DNA from: the human T2T-CHM13v2.0 reference genome, Homo sapiens
Length of the DNA stretch: 64,000 bases
Assembly (NCBI RefSeq): GCF_009914755.1
Contig: NC_060947.1
Strand: one strand, 5' to 3'
Below, in pieces: positions 54,301 through 64,000 of the stretch. Made by a program: the position numbers and the translations under genes. The notes under the pieces are model-generated. The model was not told the DNA's origin, searched no databases, and saw nothing but the letters and a program-made list of their open reading frames with translations. The first letter of the stretch is position 1, and every line of letters begins with the position of its first letter.

Positions 54301-57300
54301 CTAATGGTAGAGACTTTTGGCATACAACAGGCATTCTAATGAAAGAGACTCCTGGCCATCTCCAGGCATTCTAATTTTATAGACAGCTTAGCGACCTCAT
54401 TCATTCTGAAAATGGAGACATGTCGCTAACCCCAGCCATTCTAATGGGAGAGACTCCTGGACAACTTAAGGCATTCTAATAACAGAGACTCTTGACCTAC
54501 CCTAGACATTGAAATGATAGAGACATCTCTGCGATGTGAGGCATTCTAAGGATACAGACACCTCGGCCAAGCCTAGGTATTCCAACGGGAGAGACTCCTG
54601 GCTCACCCCAGGCATTCTAAACGGAGAGACTACTGGCTGACCCTAGGCCATGATGATAGAGAAAACTGGGCGACCTCCTGGATTCTATAGTTACAGACAC
54701 CTGACCGAACCAAGGCATTCTAATGGAAGAAACTCCTGGCAAATCCCTGGCATTCTAAGGAAAGAGAGTCCTGACCAACCCCAGGCATTCTAAAGATAGA
54801 GACTCCTGGCCTTCCACTGGCATGCCAATGATTAAGACACCAGTGCGACCTCAGACATTCTAAGGATAGAGACACCTGGCCAAACCCAGGAAATCTAATG
54901 GGAGAAACTCCTGGCCAAAACCAAACATTCTAATGATAGAGACCTTTGGCCAACTCCATGCATTACAGTGATAGAGAATCCTGGGTGTCATCAGACATTC
55001 TAAAGATAGAGACACCTGGCCAAGCCAAGGTATTCTATGGGAGAGACTCCTGGTGGACCCAAGGCATTCTAATAATAGAGACTCCTGGTGCTCCCTAGAC
55101 ATTTTAATAATAAAGACACCTGTGCGACCTCAGGCATTCTAAGATAGTGAGACCTTGCCTACCTCGGGCATTCAAATGATAAAGACCCGTGTGTGACCGA
55201 ACTCATTCTAAGGATAGAGACACCTGTGTGAACTAAGGCATTTTAAAAATAAAGACACCTGGCTGACCCCACACATCCTAATGGGAGAGACTATTGCTCA
55301 ACTCCAGGCATTCTAAAGAGTGAGACTCCTGGCTGACCCCAGGCATTCTAATAATAGAGACAACTGGGGGACTTCACCGTTCCAAGGATAGAGACACCTG
55401 GCTGAATCCAGGCATTCAAGCATGAGAGATTTTTGGCCGATTCTAGGCATTCTAATGATAGAGAGTCCTGGCTGACCACAGGCATCCTAATGATAGAGAC
55501 ACCTGGGCAACATCAGGCATTAAGGATAGAGAACATTGACTGACCACAGGCATTCTAATGACAGACGCTCATGGGTGACATCAGGCATTAAGGAAAGAGA
55601 CACCTGACCGACCACAGGCACTCTAATGACAGGCACTCTTGGCCTAATTTAGGCATTCTAATGATAGAGACACCTGTGTAACATAAGGCATTTTAAAAAT
55701 AGAGGCACCTGGTTGATCTTATGCAGTCTAACGGGAGAGACTGCTGGTCGACCCCAAACATTTTAATAAGGGAGACTTGAGACTCCTTGCTGACCATAGG
55801 CATTCTAATGATAGAGACGAATGGACCACCTCAGCTACCTAAGAATACACACACCTGGCCAGACCCAGGCATTCTCACTGGAGAGACTTTCGGCTTAGCT
55901 AAGGCATTGTAATGGTAAAGACTCCTGGTCTAGCCCAGGCATTTTAATGATAAAGACACCTGTGTGACTTCAGGCATTTTTTTAGGATAAAGATACCTGG
56001 CCAACCCTAGGCATTTTAACGGGAGAGACTCCAGGCCTATTGAAGGCATTCTAATGATATAGACTCCTAGCCTCTACTAAGAATTCTAATGACAAAAACC
56101 TGTGCGACCTGAGTCATTCTAAAAATAGAGACACCTGGATGGTGCCAGTCACTCTAATGGGAGAGATTTCTGGCCAACACCAGGCATTCTAAAAATGGAG
56201 ACTCCACGCTGATTACAGACATTCTAATAATAGAAATATTTGGGCAAACTCAGGCATTTTAAGGACAGTGACACCTGGCCAATCTAATGCATTCGAACAG
56301 GAAAGACTCCTGGCCAACCCCAGACATTCAAATGATAGAGAATCCTGGCCTACCCCAGGCACTCTAATGACAGAGAAACCTGTGGTACCTCCAGCATTCT
56401 AAGAACAGAAAATCCTGGTTCAGCCCAAACCTTCTAACATTCTAACAGGAGAGACAACTGGCCAACACAGGCATTCTAATGAAAGAGACACCTGAGTGAC
56501 ATAATGCATTCTAAGGATAGAGACACACGGGTGACCCCAGGGATTCTAACGGAAGAGACTTCTGGCCAACTTCTTGCATTCTAACGGGACAGACTCCTTG
56601 CCGGCTCCAGGCATTAATGATAAATACACCTGAGAAACACCTGGGCAATTGAGATACCTGAACGACCTCAGGATTTCTAATAATAGAGACACCTGTGTGA
56701 CCCAAGGCAGTCTAATGGGAGAGACTCCTGGCCAACACCATGCTTTCTAATAATAGAGATTAGAGGCCCACCCCAGGCATTCCAGTGATAGAGACAGCTG
56801 TGCAACCTCACTCATTCTAAGGTTAGAGACACCTGACGACCCCAGGCAATGTAATGGGAGACAATTTTAGCAGACCCCAGGCATTTCAATGATAGAGACT
56901 CCCAGGCTACCCCATTCATTCTAATGATAGAGAATACTGTGCGACCTCAGTCATTGTAATGATAGAGACACCTTGGCAACCACAGGCAATCTAAGAATAG
57001 AGACACCTGCCCCAATCCAGGCATTCTAACTTGAGAGAATTTAGGCCCACCCCATGCATTCTAACAGGAGTGACTCCTGACTGATCCCAGGCATTCCAGT
57101 GATAGAGACACCTGGGAGACCTCAGGCATTCTGAAGTTAGAAAAACCTGGCTGAACCAAGGCATTCTAATGGCAGTGACTCCTGGCCTACACCAGGCTTC
57201 CTAATGATAGAGACTCCAGTCATATCCCAGGCATTCTAATCATAAACATCTGGGTTAACTCAGGCATTCTAAGAATAGTGACAACTGGCTGAACCTGGAC

Positions 57301-58902
57301 ATTCTAATGGGAGAGACTCCTGGCCAAACCGAGGAATTTAAATAATACAGTCTCCCGGCCTACCCCAGTCACTATAATGATAGAGACAGCTGTTAGAGCT
57401 CAGGCATTTTAAGAATAGAGACACCTGGTCAACCCAGGCATTCTAATGATAGAGAAACCAGGGTGACATCAGGCTTCTTAAGGTTAGAGACACGTGGCTG
57501 ATACAAGGCATTGTAACGGAAGAGACACCTTGCTGAACCCAAGAATTTTACTAATAACGAATCCTGGCCTACCCAAGGCATTCCAATGATAGAGGCGTCT
57601 GTAGGACTTCAAGCATTCTAAGGATACATTCACCTCACCGACCCCAGGCATTCTAATGATAGAGACATATGGCCGACCCAAGGCAATCTAATGATAGAGA
57701 TTCTTGGCCTCTCCCAGGCATTCTAACGATAAAGACACGTGGCCACCTCCACGTATTCTAATGGGAGCGACTCCTGGCCAAACCCAGGCATTCAAAAGAG
57801 AGAGAATACTGGGTGACCCCAGGCATTCTAATCATAGAGACACCTGGGTGACATCAGACATTCTAAAGATAAAGACACCTGGCCTACCCCAGGAATTCTA
57901 ATGGGAGAAACTCCTGGCTGACCCCAGACATTCTAACTGTAGACACTACTGGCCTACCCGAGGCATAGTAATGATAGAGACGTCTGTGTGACCTCCAGCA
58001 TTCTAAGGATAGAAACACCTTGTAAACCCCAGGCATTCTAACGAGAGAGACTCCTGCACAAAAATAGGCAATTGAATGGTAGATACTCCTGGCAGACCCC
58101 TGACATTCTAATGATAGAGACACCTGCGGGACCTTAGGCATTCTAAGGATAGAGACACCTTGGTGACCCAAGGCATTCTAATAGAAGAAACTCCTGGCCA
58201 AACACAGGCATAGTAAGGATAGAAACTTCTGGCCAACCTTAGGCATTCTAATGTTAGAAACACCCGTGCTACCTCAGTCATTCTAATGATTGAGAGAGAT
58301 AGCTGGCCCCAGGCATTTTAAAGTGAGAGGTTTCTGGCTGACCCCAGGCATTCTAATGATAGAGACACCTGGGCAACCTCAGGAATTCTAACAAGAGATA
58401 TTCCTGGCAGACTCCAAGCCTTCTAATGACAGAAACAGCTGGGAGGCATCAGGAATTCTAAAAATAGAGATACCTGGCCAACACCAGGCATTAAATGGGA
58501 GAGATTTTTGGCTGACCCCAGGCATTCTAATGGGAGAGACTACTTGCCAAACCCAGGCATTCTAACAATAGAGAACCCAGGCCCACATCAGGCCTACACC
58601 AGAAATTCCAAAAATAGACACACCTGTGTGATCACAGGCATTCTAAGTATAGAGACAGCTGGTGATCTCAGGCAATGTAATGGGAGAGAATCTTGGCCTA
58701 CCTCAGGCATTCTAATAATAGTGAACCCTGGCCTAACCCATTCATGCTAATGATACAGAAACCTGTGTGACCTCAGGCATTCTGACGGAAGAAACAACTG
58801 GAAGACTTAAGGCATTCTAAGGATAGAGGTGCCTGAATGACCCAGGAATTCTAATGGGAGAAACCACGGGCTGACCACAGACATTCTAATGATAAAGACA
58901 CC
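48310..58902. repeat. 35-bp satellite (HSAT4-type), block 2, about 290 units, same orientation as most of block 1
   Basis: CCCCAGGCATTCTAATGATAGAGACTCCTGGCCGA-type units throughout. Confidence 0.9.
48432..48732 (-). mobile_element. Full-length AluY-like element in the 35-bp satellite
   Basis: CTGCAAGCTCCACCTCCCGGGTTCATGCCATTCTCC and CACCGTGTTAGCCAGGAT. 18-bp TSD at 48414-48431 and 48733-48750. Confidence 0.92.
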
Positions 58903-59940
58903 CCCACAAAGATGGGCAAACAGGAACAGCTCCAGCCTACAGCTCCCAGCATGAGCAACTCAGAAGATGAATGATTTCTGCATTTCCAACTGAGGTACTA
59001 GGTTCATCTCACTGGGGATTGTCAGAAAGTGCGTGCAGGGCAGTGGGTTCAGTGCACCAAGCGTGAGCTGAAGAAGGGTGAGGTGTTGCCTCACCCAGGA
59101 AGCACAAGAAGTCAGGGAATGCCCTTTCCTACCAAAGAAAAGGGGTGACAGATGTCACCTGGAAAATCGGGTCACTCCCACCCTAAAACTGGGCTTTTCC
59201 AAAGGTCCTAGCAAACGGCACACCAGGAGATTGTATCCCACACCTCACTTGGAGGGTCCTACGCCCACGGAGCCTTGCTCATTGCTAGCACAGCAGTCTG
59301 AGATAAAACTGCAAGGTGGCAGCAAGGCTGGGGGAAGGGCGCCCACCATTGCTGAGATTTGAGTAGGTAAACAAGGTGGCCAGGAAGCTCGAAATGGGTG
59401 GAGCCCACCGCAGCTCAAGGAGGCCTGCCTGCCTCTGTAGACTCCACCTCTGGGTGCAGGGCACAACCAAACAAAATGCAGCGGAAACCTCTGCAGACTT
59501 AAGTGTCCCTGTCTGACAGCTTTGAATAGAGCAGTGGTTCTCCCAGCATGCAGCTGGAGATCTGAGAATGGACAGACTGCCTGCTCAAGTTGGTCCCTGA
59601 CGCTCGAGTAGCTTAACTGGGAGGCACCCCCCAGTAGGAGCAGACTGACACCTCACACACAGCGTAGTACTCTGAGACAAAACTTCCAGAGGAACGATCA
59701 GGTAGCAATATTGGCTGTTCACCAATATCCGCTGTTCACCAATATCCGCTGTCCTGCAACCTCTGCTGCTGATGCCCAGGCAAACAGGGTCTGGGGTGGA
59801 CTTCCAGCAAATGCCAACAGACCTGCAGCTGAGGGTCCTGACAGTTAGAAGGAAAACTAACAAACAGAAAGGACATCCACACCAAAACCCCATCTGTACG
59901 TCACCATCATCAAAGACCAAAGGTAGATAAAACCATAAAG
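58903..59940 (+). promoter_or_regulatory. L1 5'UTR internal promoter region (sense and antisense), CpG-decayed
   Basis: Lies upstream of the ORF1 ATG at 59941. YY1-like AAGATGG near 58909. Promoter activity is family knowledge and is not shown for this copy. Confidence 0.6.
59245..59349 (-). pseudogene. ORF0: L1 antisense ORF0 homologue, truncated at 34 aa
   Basis: MVGALPPALLPPCSFISDCCASNEQGSVGVGPSK* matches the ORF0 N-terminus as I recall it (MAGAPPPASLPPCSLISDCCASNQRDSVGVGPSE). Confidence 0.8.
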
Positions 59941-60962
59941 ATGGGGAAAATACACAGCAGAAAAACTGGAAACTCTAAAAGTCAGAGTGCCTCTTCTCCT
60001 CCAAAGGAATGCAACTCCTCAGCAGCAATGGAACAAAGCTGGACAGAGAATGACTTTGATGAGTTGAGAGAAGAAGGCTTCAGATGATCAAACTAATCTG
60101 AGCTAAAGGAGGAAATTCGAACCCATGGCAAAGAAGTTAAAACTTTGGAAAAACATTAGACAAATGGCTAACTAGAATAACCAATGCACAGAAGTCCTTA
60201 AAGGACCTGATTGATGCAGCTGAAAACCATGACAGAAGAACTACGTGATGAATGCACAAGCCCCAGTAGCCGATTCGAACAACTGGAAGAAAGAGTATCA
60301 GTGATGGAAGATCAAATGAATGAAATGAGGTGAGAAGAGAAGTTTAGAGAAAAAAGAATAAAAAGAAACAAACAAAACCTCGAAGAAATATGGGACTATG
60401 TGAAAAGAAAAATTTACGTCTGACTGGTGTACCTGCAAGTGACGGGGAGAATGGAATCAAGTTGGAAAACACTCTGCAGGATATTATCCAGGAGAACTTC
60501 CCCAATCTAGCAAGGCACGCCAACATTCAGATTCAGGAAATACAGAGAACGCCACAAAGATACTCCTCAGGAAGAACAATTTCCAGACATATAATAATTG
60601 TCAGAATCACCAAAGATGAAATGAAGGAAAAAATGTTAAGGGCAGCCAGAGAGAAAGGTCAGGTTACCCACAAAGGAAAGCCCATCAGACTAACAGCTGG
60701 TGTCTCAGCAGAAACTCTACAAGCCAGAAGAGAGTGGGGGCCAATATTCAACATTCTTAAAGAAAAGAACTTTCAACCCAGAATTTCATATCCAGCCAAA
60801 CTAAGCTTCATAAGTGAAGGAGAAATAAAATACTACACAGAAAAGCATATGCTAAGAGATTTTGTCACCACCAGGCCTGCCCTAAAAGAGCTCCTGAAGG
60901 AAGCACTAAACACGGAAAGGAACAACCGGTACGAGCCACTGCAAAAACAGGCCAAATTGTAA
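59941..60962 (+). pseudogene. ORF1: L1 ORF1p, disrupted
   Basis: ATG at 59941, in-frame stops at 60085 and 60094. The C-terminal half stays open (NLRLTGVP, RREWG, YPAKLS). Confidence 0.92.
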
Positions 60963-61010
60963 AGGCCATCAATGTTAGGAAGAAACTGCATCAACTAACG
61001 AGCAAAATAA

Positions 61011-64000
<2,990 letters not shown>

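Overview
Catarrhine primate (human-like) pericentromeric DNA, almost entirely repeats, with no host protein-coding gene, RNA gene or CRISPR array. Positions 1-12344 are TE-dense arm sequence: a deleted HERV-L provirus with an MLT2A LTR, THE1 and MER9 solo LTRs, an old L1 5'UTR and nested L1/Alu elements. At ~12345 the sequence switches abruptly to divergent monomeric ~172-bp alpha satellite with no CENP-B box seen (12345-29462, minus), interrupted by an L1PA 3' fragment, an LTR5 solo LTR and an AluSc-like element. A 35-bp HSAT4-type satellite follows (29463-42493) with an internal 1.9-kb inversion and a subfamily boundary. Next come a twin-primed, 3'-truncated L1PA (42494-45144), an oppositely oriented alpha block (45168-48309), a second 35-bp block with an AluY (48310-58902) and a dead, 5'-complete L1PA running off the window. 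The layout resembles the arm/satellite junction described for Xp11 (inference only). I found no convincing new gene system. The most interesting signals are structural: relic higher-order periodicities in both satellites, rearrangement junctions, and a TFAP2/TEAD/GATA-like motif cassette in the 35-bp unit. Subfamily names come from recalled consensus features, not a database search.
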